Below, one piece after another: positions 54,960 to 64,000 of a stretch of 64,000 bases of DNA. Numbering within the stretch: position 1 is the first letter of the stretch; each line of letters opens with the position of its first letter. The translations under genes were made by a program, and so were the position numbers. This DNA comes from a virus (Duplodnaviria; Heunggongvirae; Uroviricota; Caudoviricetes). Under the pieces are notes generated by a model. The model did not search any database and was not told the origin of the DNA. It was given only the letters and a program-made list of their open reading frames with translations. The stretch is taken from IMG/VR virus record IMGVR_UViG_3300044591_001876, positions 11,134 through 75,133 of that record; one strand, 5' to 3'.

Positions 54960-55778
54960 ATGTCTACTGGCAAAATTGTTCTTGGTGCTGGCGGTGTTCT
55001 GCTCGCTCTCGTGCTCACTGCTGGTCAATTCACCACCATCAACACTGGCGAAAATGGTCTCTATGTGGGATTTGATGGTCAGGTGAAGAATGAAGTGCTG
55101 ACTCCTGGTATTAAATACGATGGTTTCGGTTCTATCAAAGTCTTCAACACTCGTAAGATTACTGTTCAATCAGATAACCTGACTCCTAAGACTAAAGACA
55201 ACACCATCATGAAAGATATGGATGTTGTGGTTACTTATAGTCTGTCTCCCACTTCGCTGTATGATTTCTATACTGCTTATGACATGAGTAATCATGGTGT
55301 CAGTGAGAATGGACAGATTGAACTGATGGCAAGTTTCATCAAGCGTCTGATTACGTCTGCTGTGAATCAATCGGTTGACGAATATCCTGCTCTGGATGTA
55401 AACAGCAGTCTGGATAAGATTCAGGATACTATCAAACAGAATTTGATTCTTGCTCTGGATAAGAACAATTTGGGTGGTAAGATTGACATTGAATCTGTTG
55501 TGGTTGTGAAGGCAGATCTTCCCGAGGATCTGGTTGCTGCTGTGAACCGTGTGGTGACTGCTCAATCTGCTGAGAAAGAACAGATTGTGAAGAACCGTAC
55601 TGCTGAACTGAAATCGAACGAGAACAAATCTCTTGCTTCGACTATCACTCCGTCCTATCTTGAGTATCAGCGTAATGAGATTCTCCGTGAAGCAATGAAG
55701 AATGGTAGCATCCAAAAGATGATTATCGTGAACGGTGCTAAGATGGACATTCTGCCTGGTGGTTTCGACGGTAAGTGA
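54960..55778 (+). CDS. SPFH/band-7 (prohibitin-like) domain membrane protein
   Basis: N-terminal TM helix, then INTGENGLYVGFDGQV...LTPGIKYDGFGSIKVFNTRKITV...DMDVVVTYSL pattern typical of SPFH domain. Confidence 0.5.
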   Translation: MSTGKIVLGAGGVLLALVLTAGQFTTINTGENGLYVGFDGQVKNEVLTPGIKYDGFGSIKVFNTRKITVQSDNLTPKTKDNTIMKDMDVVVTYSLSPTSLYDFYTAYDMSNHGVSENGQIELMASFIKRLITSAVNQSVDEYPALDVNSSLDKIQDTIKQNLILALDKNNLGGKIDIESVVVVKADLPEDLVAAVNRVVTAQSAEKEQIVKNRTAELKSNENKSLASTITPSYLEYQRNEILREAMKNGSIQKMIIVNGAKMDILPGGFDGK

Positions 55779-55779
55779 T

Positions 55780-55947
55780 TATGATTGAACTCCTCGCCAG
55801 TGCTCTTATTGCTTCCAGCAATCAATCCGAGCAAATTAACAAATTCTGTGCTTATGTAGTGGGTATCCCATATGCTAGTGATAACTTCACTGACGAGGAA
55901 TGGGAAAGGTTTAAATACTGTAGAGAACGATTAGGATATGATAACTA
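55780..55947 (+). CDS. Hypothetical protein (55 aa)
   Basis: Below track cutoff. Confidence 0.3.
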
Positions 55948-56147
55948 AAGATGGATATGCTACGGTCCCCTGGGGGGACCGTTTTGTTTTAATACACAAT
56001 GGCTTTCAGCTCAGTGATCACAAGACAGATGAGCAAGCAATTGAAGCACTCAAGAAACATAGGGAGAAAAACAAACCGAAGCCACCCAAACGTGCCAGTA
56101 AGAAAACTGGCACACGCTCCAAGTCAAAGGGTAAAATTGACTTATAA
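55938..56147 (+). CDS. Hypothetical protein with Lys-rich tail (69 aa)
   Basis: ORF. Confidence 0.4.
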   Translation: MITKDGYATVPWGDRFVLIHNGFQLSDHKTDEQAIEALKKHREKNKPKPPKRASKKTGTRSKSKGKIDL

Positions 56148-56169
56148 TACATGTAGTTGAGGAACCACT

Positions 56170-56313
56170 ATGTACAACGTCACAGAAAATCAAGTCAATG
56201 AAGCAGTTGAACTTGTATTCGACACACTTCAATTAGAACCTAATTTGGCAAGCGATTTTCATAGATTACTTGTTGATTGGTTGGATGTCAATAATGTAGA
56301 AATTATCGAATAA
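56170..56313 (+). CDS. Hypothetical acidic protein (47 aa)
   Basis: GAGGA RBS. Confidence 0.3.
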   Translation: MYNVTENQVNEAVELVFDTLQLEPNLASDFHRLLVDWLDVNNVEIIE

Positions 56314-56314
56314 A

Positions 56315-56322
56315 AATAAATA
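56315..56322 (+). promoter_or_regulatory. T4-type late promoter (AATAAATA) inside the early-gene region
   Basis: 20 nt upstream of ATG 56343. Confidence 0.45.
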
Positions 56323-56342
56323 GTTGGAAATGGTAGCATAAA

Positions 56343-57965
56343 ATGTCAGCAACTACTTCCATAGAAAGTTTACAGTGCTTCGCATTTGCTTATTATGCTA
56401 TAAATCCAACTATTACTAATGTTCACCAACAAAATTGGTATGATATATTTGATATAACACAATTATCTCAACAAGAAATAAAAAACAAATCTAATTTATT
56501 GAGATCTACATATGGCAATCATTTGAGTTCAACGTTTAGTTCAAACATATTTGAAAATGTATTGAACCAATATGGAAGCACATTAACAGCTACAGGAAAA
56601 GTTAGCATTAGTGAATATGTTAAGAAAGTATATCTTGTTGCCAAGAAAGTTGCTGCCACTTCTTTATTAGATAAGTGGTCACAATACGTGTTTCTTGATC
56701 AATCAGATTCTTTCACTACACTGGTTAAAAATACTGCTTTACAAAGAATCGCTTCAGCATTTGATATGCTAGGCAAAGATGATTTACTTTCCCCAGTAGA
56801 TATGTTTGCCGTAAAGAAAACTAAAATTACTACAATTCTTACTGATTTCAACAAGCATATAATTAATGCTACCGATGAACAATTGCTAGCAAATACTATT
56901 TGGGGTAAAACTGGCAAGAATACATATAGAACTTTATCAAACAAGTATTTCAAATCAAAATCTATGATTGGAATATCATTGAAATTACCTGAAGCGATTA
57001 CTGGATCAGGAATAATAAAAATTGTTGGTACTGAAAATGTTGATTCATCTCTTCTTGGTTTTGTAGATCCATATACAAAATTGATTGCTGCTATGTTAGC
57101 ACATCCAACACAAACAAAAAAATTAATTGAGGACGTTATTGATATTGAATTTGATAATTTTAGAATAACACCTGATTTATTATCATGGGAGTACCCCATT
57201 ACGTTTAGATATAAAGATGTTGTAGATCCCAGAACAGGATTAGAATTACACAAACAAAATCTTCGATTTAAATTGATGACATGGAGCAGTCAAGGATTTA
57301 ATGCTTCGTGGTATAAAGGACAAGAAGCACCAGGAAATTGGACTGGTGGAGCCACAACTATTCCTATTGGCGAACTATTTGTTAGATACAATGAATATTC
57401 TGGAATTTTAAATGAATTGGTTAAATTAAGAAGAGCAGCATTTTTCTATGCTATTCATGGATCTACTAAAGATCCCTCATCAATAATACCTAAAAATTTG
57501 AAGTCTGAATATGAGAAGGCATTAAATGATGTGGAAAAGAAAATGATACTCACATCAGACAAAAGAGCCAACGTGGGCGAAGCAAAGAATTTGATAACGT
57601 TTTTGGAGGCATATTCTCCATCTTCCAACAAATATCATGTTTATCAGGAACATCTCATATTAAGTACAACAAGACCTATGAGAAATTCATCTAGGATTGT
57701 AACTAAAGATCCTAAGAGATTGAATGCTCACTACATTGCTTGTCAATGTGCTTGGTTTTTGTTTAGAGGTGGTCCTTCAATGCACAAATATCTCAAACAA
57801 AGAATGTTCTTATCATTGTTTGGTTTAATTACTAAGAGTGGATACAAAATCTTTCAAGGTAATGAGAACACTGTTATGGAAGATTACCTCCAGAAATCAT
57901 TCAAGAAAAACAAGAAGAATTTTGTAGCATACTTCAATGCTGCTCCCCACATCGTATTGTCATAG
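56343..57965 (+). CDS. Late-expressed AT-rich protein (540 aa), possibly structural
   Basis: Late promoter; AT-rich like structural block; no motif. Confidence 0.55.
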   Translation: MSATTSIESLQCFAFAYYAINPTITNVHQQNWYDIFDITQLSQQEIKNKSNLLRSTYGNHLSSTFSSNIFENVLNQYGSTLTATGKVSISEYVKKVYLVAKKVAATSLLDKWSQYVFLDQSDSFTTLVKNTALQRIASAFDMLGKDDLLSPVDMFAVKKTKITTILTDFNKHIINATDEQLLANTIWGKTGKNTYRTLSNKYFKSKSMIGISLKLPEAITGSGIIKIVGTENVDSSLLGFVDPYTKLIAAMLAHPTQTKKLIEDVIDIEFDNFRITPDLLSWEYPITFRYKDVVDPRTGLELHKQNLRFKLMTWSSQGFNASWYKGQEAPGNWTGGATTIPIGELFVRYNEYSGILNELVKLRRAAFFYAIHGSTKDPSSIIPKNLKSEYEKALNDVEKKMILTSDKRANVGEAKNLITFLEAYSPSSNKYHVYQEHLILSTTRPMRNSSRIVTKDPKRLNAHYIACQCAWFLFRGGPSMHKYLKQRMFLSLFGLITKSGYKIFQGNENTVMEDYLQKSFKKNKKNFVAYFNAAPHIVLS

Positions 57966-57984
57966 ACACCACACAAACCGTCAC

Positions 57985-58018
57985 GGGGGCTTGACCAGCC
58001 CCTTTTTCATGCTATGAT
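57985..58018 (+). terminator. Composite terminator/promoter: GGGGGC-TTGACCA-GCCCC-TTTTT, 16-nt spacer, TATGAT
   Basis: -35 TTGACC 57991-57996; -10 58013-58018. Confidence 0.5.
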
Positions 58019-58043
58019 ACGAGGGTAGTCAAGGGAGACCCCC

Positions 58044-58235
58044 ATGAGCACCACCACTAAGAAGCCCTATCCCCTGGGCATTGACAACCCCATGATCATT
58101 CGTGCTAGGATTGGTACGAGCAAGTGGGAGATCATTGATCGTGAGACTCGCCACTGCCTTGGTGTCTACCCCAATGAGTTTACTGCCTACGATGCTCGAC
58201 GTGCCATGCTACGTTACGCTGGTTACGATGCCTGA
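58044..58235 (+). CDS. Hypothetical protein (63 aa)
   Basis: ORF. Confidence 0.4.
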   Translation: MSTTTKKPYPLGIDNPMIIRARIGTSKWEIIDRETRHCLGVYPNEFTAYDARRAMLRYAGYDA

Positions 58236-58329
58236 GCACAGTGGGACAGTTCTGAAAGTGGCACACTGACCACCACAGATCCGTCCCACACACCCTATAA
58301 TTACAGAGTAATCAACGGAGCACCTTCCC

Positions 58330-58734
58330 ATGAACACCACACTCACCGCTGAGAAAATCGAAGATTACGCTGTGATGCTGTGTGATGCCCTCTACATGAA
58401 CCTGAAGAATCAGCAGATTCGCTCTCACCAGCGTTCGATTCGTGAAGAAATCAACATGGATTACCATGCTCAAAAGATCGAAGAAATCAAAAATCATGGT
58501 CCCAGTGTCGAATTCTATTTTCGTCGTGGTCGTAAGTATCTGAAACTGATCATGAAGGATTCTGGTGGACAGCAACATGTTCATGCTTTCATTGATCGTA
58601 ACAACGGTGAAGTATTCAAACCAGCATCATGGTCTGGTCCAGCAAAAGATGTACGTTTCAATTTGACACTGGAGCAATCCCGTGAGTGGTTGTATGAACA
58701 TGCTGATTGGGCAGGAGGTTATCTGTACAAATGA
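58330..58734 (+). CDS. Hypothetical protein (134 aa)
   Basis: ORF. Confidence 0.45.
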   Translation: MNTTLTAEKIEDYAVMLCDALYMNLKNQQIRSHQRSIREEINMDYHAQKIEEIKNHGPSVEFYFRRGRKYLKLIMKDSGGQQHVHAFIDRNNGEVFKPASWSGPAKDVRFNLTLEQSREWLYEHADWAGGYLYK

Positions 58735-58877
58735 AAACAACTTACGCTTTTTTGGCAGTTGTAGCCATTCTCGGCTACAACGCCTTTCTCATCAAACGTG
58801 ACACCCAATTGTTCAAAGCATATGATACAATATGCCAAGAACAACCACACCACCCAAATTGTAAGTATTCCAAATGA
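58731..58877 (+). CDS. Small membrane/secreted protein (48 aa)
   Basis: ATGA overlap; hydrophobic N-terminus. Confidence 0.3.
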   Translation: MKTTYAFLAVVAILGYNAFLIKRDTQLFKAYDTICQEQPHHPNCKYSK

Positions 58878-58977
58878 TTGAAGAAGAAACACCAATTGAT
58901 GATCTGTTCATGATGGCACTCGAAGAGAAGGCTGCGGAACTTGAAATCACTGTTGATTACTACATTGCTGAGTTTTT

Positions 58978-59235
58978 ATGATTCGAGTATCCGTTAGAGA
59001 TCTTACACATTGTCCTGAATGCGGAACTAATTGGGTTACTTCCGCAATACCTGAGGAACGGCGAGAGCATTACTCTTGGCCATACTTCTTTTCCCGTATT
59101 AATGCTTGTTACAATATAGAAACAGATCGTACAGAATACTATCAATGTCCTGATTGTAAACATACATTCCCACGATTTGGTCCTGATGTCAAGACATACG
59201 AGGTTGACAAAACCGAGTATGCTACATATACTTGA
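58978..59235 (+). CDS. Zinc-ribbon protein (85 aa)
   Basis: CPECG...CPDCKH paired CxxC. Confidence 0.4.
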   Translation: MIRVSVRDLTHCPECGTNWVTSAIPEERREHYSWPYFFSRINACYNIETDRTEYYQCPDCKHTFPRFGPDVKTYEVDKTEYATYT

Positions 59236-59398
59236 TTAGTTTTTTACTTACTCCATATGACTGTTAGCATCGAACAAGCAAACGCTATCATCAAAGAACT
59301 TCGTGAAGTAAACAGTGCTCTTCAGAAAGAAAATGAGTTTCTTCGTGATGAGCTTGAAGAATTGAAGTTCGAACTGTCCTGTGAAATAGACAAAGAGT

Positions 59399-59662
59399 AT
59401 GATGTCTGATCTTATTATTGACTTTGATAATCATCTCAAGCATGGTCATGTATATCTTGTAGAAGTTGCTTTGCCATTACAAGATGCTCCCGAAGATGTA
59501 CCCAATTGTATCACTGCTGATGTGTATGTGATAGCAAATAATTCACATCAAGCATTGTATATTGTTAATTCTATGTACCCTGATAATGATGGAGCAACTA
59601 CAGGAGAAGAACCAATTACAGAGTACGAGTATGCTGCCCGTAGGAACAGAAGTGTATTATAA
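59399..59662 (+). CDS. Hypothetical protein (87 aa)
   Basis: ORF. Confidence 0.4.
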   Translation: MMSDLIIDFDNHLKHGHVYLVEVALPLQDAPEDVPNCITADVYVIANNSHQALYIVNSMYPDNDGATTGEEPITEYEYAARRNRSVL

Positions 59663-59822
59663 TAACATGTATGGTCATGTACGATTTGTATGTGAGAAAT
59701 ATATGACCATCTGTGTTAAAGAATTTCCAACAGAACCAGTACGGGATGTATGTTTGATCGTGTATCCCGACAGATATGATAAAGTTGAACTTGTAAGAGG
59801 AAACCATTCACACGAATTATGA
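59631..59822 (+). CDS. Hypothetical protein (63 aa)
   Basis: ATG 59631. Confidence 0.35.
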   Translation: MLPVGTEVYYNNMYGHVRFVCEKYMTICVKEFPTEPVRDVCLIVYPDRYDKVELVRGNHSHEL

Positions 59823-59988
59823 CTTATTTTTCTGATTTTGAACATGTGGATTACCTGGATGATTACAACGCCAGGCAGAATATCCTACAGGATATAGAAA
59901 ATGTCTATTTGAAGGACACTATCGAAACTGTCCCAAATGACTTATTAGATGAGTTTGATTTCTGTAACATCAACTGAACACATCAACA

Positions 59989-60276
59989 ATGAGCAAGTTT
60001 CAATCGACTGTCTCCACAGTAGCAGCATTGGCTAGTATTTTTGCTGCTGGTGCTGCTGGATATAAACTGGCACAGAATCAGCCAGAATACAAACCAGAAG
60101 AACCACAGCCTGCCATTGAACAGAAATTAACTCAATTGGAGCAGAAGCTAGAAGAAAAGCTCACCACACCCCTCCAGCAGCCCCAGCAGCAGGCTCCTGT
60201 TGTACCACAGCTGCCACCCACGCCACAAGTGCCCCCAGCTCCTCCAGAGTCCCCTACACAAGAGGTAACACCATGA
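59989..60276 (+). CDS. Membrane-anchored Pro/Gln-rich protein (95 aa)
   Basis: N-terminal TM helix then QQPQQQAPVVPQLPPTPQVPPAPP. Confidence 0.45.
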   Translation: MSKFQSTVSTVAALASIFAAGAAGYKLAQNQPEYKPEEPQPAIEQKLTQLEQKLEEKLTTPLQQPQQQAPVVPQLPPTPQVPPAPPESPTQEVTP

Positions 60277-60533
60277 AAATGAGAATTATTCGAAGGCCAT
60301 CGTTAACAAACAATCCTGATATTCACTGGTATCATGCTCAAGTACGACGATTTGGTATTTGGGTAGAATGTCGTGATGATTTGTTCATGATGTTGAAGTA
60401 TACGAGTGAGATGATGTCACAATCACATGATACTAGTCTCGAACGTGTGGAGCGTTTCGTAGAATATGCCATGAGGAAGGAAGATATGTTCCCTAAATCA
60501 AAGAACATTGTCCTCAAAGAGTATGAAACCTGA
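60273..60533 (+). CDS. Hypothetical protein (86 aa)
   Basis: ATGA overlap. Confidence 0.4.
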   Translation: MKMRIIRRPSLTNNPDIHWYHAQVRRFGIWVECRDDLFMMLKYTSEMMSQSHDTSLERVERFVEYAMRKEDMFPKSKNIVLKEYET

Positions 60534-60744
60534 TGTAAAAGCAAGAATCATATCATCTATTCTTGTAATCACAGCGTATTACATTACCATGTACCATGAC
60601 ACTGTAACAGGTGCCAAGTTATACATGGTAGCCAATGCCCTAGCACTTCCGTATATGATACGGAATAAGTGTTGGGATGTTGTGGCTCTACTCTCTTTCC
60701 TGATCCTTGTGGGTCTCCCCAAGGTGTTGACATCCACCAACTGA
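60508..60744 (+). CDS. Small membrane protein (78 aa)
   Basis: Two hydrophobic helices. Confidence 0.35.
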   Translation: MSSKSMKPDVKARIISSILVITAYYITMYHDTVTGAKLYMVANALALPYMIRNKCWDVVALLSFLILVGLPKVLTSTN

Positions 60745-60778
60745 TCTGCTACACTGTTCTCATACATCACTGAAAATC

Positions 60779-61000
60779 ATGGAACACGACGAAATGTACT
60801 TTGTAATCGAAGGCAAAGCCATCACACTCGATGAGATGGGTGCCGCTGTAATCTGTAATGTCAACCAAGATGGTCAAGTTGACTGGGATTCTTTTGATCT
60901 GATTGATTGGATGGATCTCTCTCCTGATCAGTATCAATTGTACAAAGCAGTCGTTGACTTTCTTCAACAGCACACTCCTCACCCCATGTATGTCAAATGA
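60779..61000 (+). CDS. Hypothetical acidic protein (73 aa)
   Basis: ORF. Confidence 0.4.
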   Translation: MEHDEMYFVIEGKAITLDEMGAAVICNVNQDGQVDWDSFDLIDWMDLSPDQYQLYKAVVDFLQQHTPHPMYVK

Positions 61001-61233
61001 ACATAGTAGCAGATCACGTCAGGGAACTTGCCGAGTTAGTTCCTGTAACTCAAACTGAATACCAACCAATTCCAAAACAATCTCTCACACCAAAAGAACA
61101 GCAACTGTTCTGGAGGTATCATGGACATTTCCCAAATGACTTCGCCCGTGGAATAGCAGAATGTCTTCCTGAAAACTGTAAGTTTGTAACTTACGATCAT
61201 CTGTCAAATAGAGTTACGGTGGAGGTAGTATGA
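60997..61233 (+). CDS. Hypothetical protein (78 aa)
   Basis: ATGA overlap. Confidence 0.4.
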   Translation: MNIVADHVRELAELVPVTQTEYQPIPKQSLTPKEQQLFWRYHGHFPNDFARGIAECLPENCKFVTYDHLSNRVTVEVV

Positions 61234-61475
61234 CACCAGATCAAGAACAACGACAACAAGAAAGAGAGTATGAGTCTGTGTCTGAGCAATCAGACCAGAT
61301 TTTATTATACATGCAAGATCGCTTTCAAGAATTGATGTCTGAGAATCGTATGGATGATGCCATTGCCTTAGGTGATGAGTATATCGAATGGATTGGTCAG
61401 TATCCTGATGAAGTGTTCTTGTATTACAATGAGAAAGAACTGAAACAGGATTACAAGGAAAGAAAACGTAAATGA
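61230..61475 (+). CDS. Hypothetical protein (81 aa)
   Basis: ATGA overlap. Confidence 0.4.
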   Translation: MTPDQEQRQQEREYESVSEQSDQILLYMQDRFQELMSENRMDDAIALGDEYIEWIGQYPDEVFLYYNEKELKQDYKERKRK

Positions 61476-62050
61476 TACACACATTCACCCCAGAGTTTTT
61501 CTTTTATCATTCCATACCAAATCACCAACAACACAAGGAGATTATTCTTCCTAAACTAGAGAAGGATAAAGATCGTGCTTTTCGTGCTACTGCTAATGGT
61601 ACATGTATTACTACTAGTACACTGAGTAACTTTGATTTGTTTCATGAAGAGTTTGTACGAGAAGTGATCTGGAATCCATTTAATCAAATGTTAAGTGAGT
61701 TTGATATTCATTTGAATAAGATTAAATTGACGAATTCAAAGGTGAATGCTGTGTGGTGGAATTACTACGAACCAAATGAAATCTGTCATCCACATAGGCA
61801 TTATCAATCAGATTTCACAGGAATCTATCTTCTACATCTAGAAGAACCCAATCCAACAAGATTTCTACCAACGAATAATTCGTCAAATACTTATCCATTG
61901 TTCGATGGTATTGTATTGTCTGAACAATGTAAAGAAGGAGATGTATTAATCTTTCCAGGTAAGATTCTACATTGGACTGTACCTATCTCAACACCACGTT
62001 GGATTGTTGCTTTTGACATTAATGTGGGCAGCTATCACAAGAGTATTTGA
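61472..62050 (+). CDS. Possible cupin/2OG-Fe(II) oxygenase-like protein
   Basis: HPHRHYQSD...LHL then GKILHWTVP gives a weak H.D/H...H arrangement; not verified. Confidence 0.35.
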   Translation: MIHTFTPEFFFYHSIPNHQQHKEIILPKLEKDKDRAFRATANGTCITTSTLSNFDLFHEEFVREVIWNPFNQMLSEFDIHLNKIKLTNSKVNAVWWNYYEPNEICHPHRHYQSDFTGIYLLHLEEPNPTRFLPTNNSSNTYPLFDGIVLSEQCKEGDVLIFPGKILHWTVPISTPRWIVAFDINVGSYHKSI

Positions 62051-62322
62051 TTGTGCCACTGATTCAACTGGCACACACCACTCACCAACACCACTCAGCA
62101 GCCCCTACAATAAGCACAGTTCAAACAACTCACATGAACACCACTGTCACCATCACTCTCACTCCTGAGCAGCGTACAGCTCTTGCTGATGCTCTTTATA
62201 TTCGAGCAATGGATCTTCAAGCCAACGTTCATGGAACAGATCGTAATGTGGCAATGAATGAAGTTGCTGCTTGTTTGCTCGATCAAATGGATTATCCTGT
62301 ACATGAATGGATGAATGTATGA
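62047..62322 (+). CDS. Hypothetical protein (91 aa)
   Basis: ORF. Confidence 0.35.
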   Translation: MIVPLIQLAHTTHQHHSAAPTISTVQTTHMNTTVTITLTPEQRTALADALYIRAMDLQANVHGTDRNVAMNEVAACLLDQMDYPVHEWMNV

Positions 62323-62822
62323 TCAAAGCAGCAGTATTTTGTGGTAAAATCATTCCTGGTTACTATGTTTCCACCGATGGACGTGTATTCACTACTAGAA
62401 TCAGAATCAGAAACAAAGGAAAGATTACTCGGTTTGACAACACAGGACCAATGGTAGAAATGATACAAACAAGATGGAATAAAAAACAAGATTACCTATC
62501 TGTTCGCCTAGCAATACCATATGGATTATTACCCAATGATGAACACTACCAAAAGAAAAGAAAAAATTTAAATTGTACAACATATCAACGTAGAGTATAT
62601 GTTCATAGGTTAGTAATGGAAACATATAAACCAATAGAAAAGTATCCACCTGATAGATTGAAAACACATTGGAAAGAATTACCATCACCAGTCAAAGAGA
62701 TTATAAGTGAAATGATCTATGTTAATCATATGGATCATGTACAAACAAATAATCATGTAAGTAATCTTGAATGGGTAACACCACAAGAAAACTCTATTAG
62801 GGCAGCTACTTTCCGCAGGTAG
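62319..62822 (+). CDS. HNH homing endonuclease (HNH_3-like), AT-rich insertion
   Basis: VYVHRLVMETY...YVNHMDHVQTNNHVSNLEWVTPQENS = HNH_3 signature (HRlv..NH.D..k.NN...NLe..T..eN); markedly AT-rich vs flanks. Confidence 0.6.
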   Translation: MIKAAVFCGKIIPGYYVSTDGRVFTTRIRIRNKGKITRFDNTGPMVEMIQTRWNKKQDYLSVRLAIPYGLLPNDEHYQKKRKNLNCTTYQRRVYVHRLVMETYKPIEKYPPDRLKTHWKELPSPVKEIISEMIYVNHMDHVQTNNHVSNLEWVTPQENSIRAATFRR

Positions 62823-63152
62823 AGTATCCAGTGTATGACTGAGATGTTCTCAATGATACCTTTGAGTTTTCCACATACCTGTGGAAAAACCTGTGGAAAA
62901 CTAGTATATTAATAAATGTTTAAAAAAACATAGTTGAGTGTTTTGAATTGCTCACATAAGCTTTCGTTAATTGTTGCTGAAAGCATGGAAATGTACGGAG
63001 GTGTTGTTGTCTAAGCCCGCCACCACTCGAAAGTCAAGGATTTATGTGCCAGTTCTCCAAGTGTCACACAGGGGCTTGACAAATAGTTCTATATATGCTT
63101 CGAGCACCTCCAAGATAGTTTTCCACAACCCTGTGGAAAAACTCCTAGCCAC

Positions 63153-63192
63153 TTCGAGGACTGGCACAGGGGGTTGACAAGCCCAGAAAAAC
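63153..63192 (+). promoter_or_regulatory. Sigma70-like promoter with GGCACAGGGGG upstream element
   Basis: TTGACA 63164-63169, 17-nt spacer, TACACT 63187-63192. Confidence 0.45.
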
Positions 63193-63220
63193 CTGCTACA
63201 CTGTATTCATGAAGTTCGGA

Positions 63221-63300
63221 AATCTCAAAAATCGAGAAATCCCAAAAATCCAAAAAACTCAAAAACTTGAAATTTAAGGTTTTTGAGATTTTCCAAAAAC
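63221..63300 (+). repeat. Phased A-tract region (TCAAAAA x5) containing 9-bp inverted repeat CTCAAAAAC/GTTTTTGAG
   Basis: A5-6 tracts at ~63226, 63243, 63251, 63260, 63288 (8-17 bp spacing); hairpin 63254-63287. Confidence 0.4.
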
Positions 63301-63325
63301 TTCAAAGTTAAACTTTAACATTTAA

Positions 63326-63562
63326 TTGATGAACATGAAAACCATTAACAACATTGATTCTACTGCTATTAACACTGTAACACAAGATAGTGATAACCTT
63401 GTTACTATTACATTTAACAGTGGTAAGAGCTATAATTACCGTGATACCACTGGTAATTTTGTAAATACCGTTGAGAATGCTGTAGAAAACAACCAAAGTG
63501 TTGGTCGTTTGTTCAATCGAGCACTAAAAGAAGATCAAACTCTTCAACTAGTCACTGTTTGA
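63326..63562 (+). CDS. Hypothetical protein (78 aa), AT-rich
   Basis: ORF. Confidence 0.4.
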   Translation: MMNMKTINNIDSTAINTVTQDSDNLVTITFNSGKSYNYRDTTGNFVNTVENAVENNQSVGRLFNRALKEDQTLQLVTV

Positions 63563-63611
63563 ACAATAAATAACCCAAATACCACAACAACTGGAGTAAA
63601 TTGAGTTAAAA

Positions 63612-63772
63612 ATGGCAAAAACAAGTCGTAAGTACACAGATCCCGTTAAAGATCTGCCCCTTGAAGATGACTACGAGAATTTTGGATACGATATCCAAAA
63701 CGCTAAACGTTATTCCACAAGGAACAAACGCCAGACCAAATTCAAGGACTACGATGATTATGGTGAGTGAAT
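63612..63772 (+). CDS. Hypothetical basic protein (53 aa)
   Basis: ATG 63612; followed by strong terminator. Confidence 0.3.
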
Positions 63773-63783
63773 AAAATATTTCA

Positions 63784-63809
63784 AGGGGGGCATTAGCCCC
63801 TCTTTTTTT
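63784..63809 (+). terminator. Rho-independent terminator
   Basis: AGGGGGGC-ATTA-GCCCCTCT 8-bp stem followed by T7 run. Confidence 0.65.
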
Positions 63810-64000
63810 ATACACATCCACAAGGGCATTCATAGCACGTTTAGGTGCCCCTGCCTCTATGACACTGTGACACTTCGGCAAGTGGCATAGAGGGGCTTCC
63901 AGGGGGCTCTCAGGGGTGCCATACTATGTTCATCGGGGGAACACCCCGACCCACACTACTCAAAGGATCAAATGACCTCTCAGCAACTGCTCCAGACCGC

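Noticed and set aside
63063-63098. Extra promoter at CACACAGGGGCTTGACA (63066-63081)
   Set aside because: Carries the conserved upstream element and -35, but no acceptable -10 at 16-18 nt spacing. Possibly a decayed copy.
1-64000. CRISPR array, integrase or transposase
   Set aside because: No spacer-repeat periodicity and no recombinase motifs seen. The only repeats are fiber-gene modules, (GGN)n tracts and regulatory motifs.

Overview
This 64-kb window looks like a T4-like cyanomyovirus (cyanophage) genome segment, and every credible gene is on the + strand. I call it a cyanophage because it carries T4-type late promoters (NATAAATA ~20-35 nt before ATG), a tRNA cluster and a cpeT phycobilin-lyase auxiliary gene. 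It is AT-rich (~36% GC) in the structural module and GC-richer (45-60%) in parts of the early region.

Layout, in order:
(1) 1-8500: late structural genes. These are a 5'-open ORF with a C-terminal SleB-like cell-wall hydrolase domain, a 470-aa protein, a 1212-aa gp5-like OB-fold spike fused to a Calx-beta domain and tandem Ig-like repeats, and a 401-aa protein.
(2) 8500-11200: an accessory islet with 7-8 tRNA genes, cpeT, an Endo VII-like HNH/Zn-ribbon nuclease and small ORFs.
(3) 11219-34233: a giant 3504-aa virion protein, then a tail-fiber operon. The operon has two collar-domain fibers, three tandem paralogs with glycine-rich variable N-termini and a conserved C-terminal module, a 58-aa mini-ORF mimicking that module, and an 1822-aa collar fiber.
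(4) 35594-38893: a GC-rich, translationally coupled cassette of SF2 helicase, HNH nuclease, Dam-like N6A methyltransferase and a small protein, followed by a start-less Zn-ribbon remnant of an Endo VII-like gene.
(5) 39-63 kb: about 60 tightly packed small early genes with many ATGA/TAATG overlaps. They include an RNA repair module (Rnl1-like ligase, polynucleotide kinase and phosphatase as separate overlapping genes, and a second OB+NTase RNA ligase), a thioredoxin-like protein, an SPFH/prohibitin protein, an AT-hook protein and an AT-rich HNH homing endonuclease.

Recurrent regulatory architecture: sigma70-like promoters preceded by a GGCACAGGGGG element. In at least four copies the -35 TTGAC hexamer sits in the loop of a G5/C5 + T-run terminator hairpin, giving composite terminator/promoter units. 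All coordinates and motif calls are by-eye from the sequence; no tRNAscan, HMM or BLAST was run.
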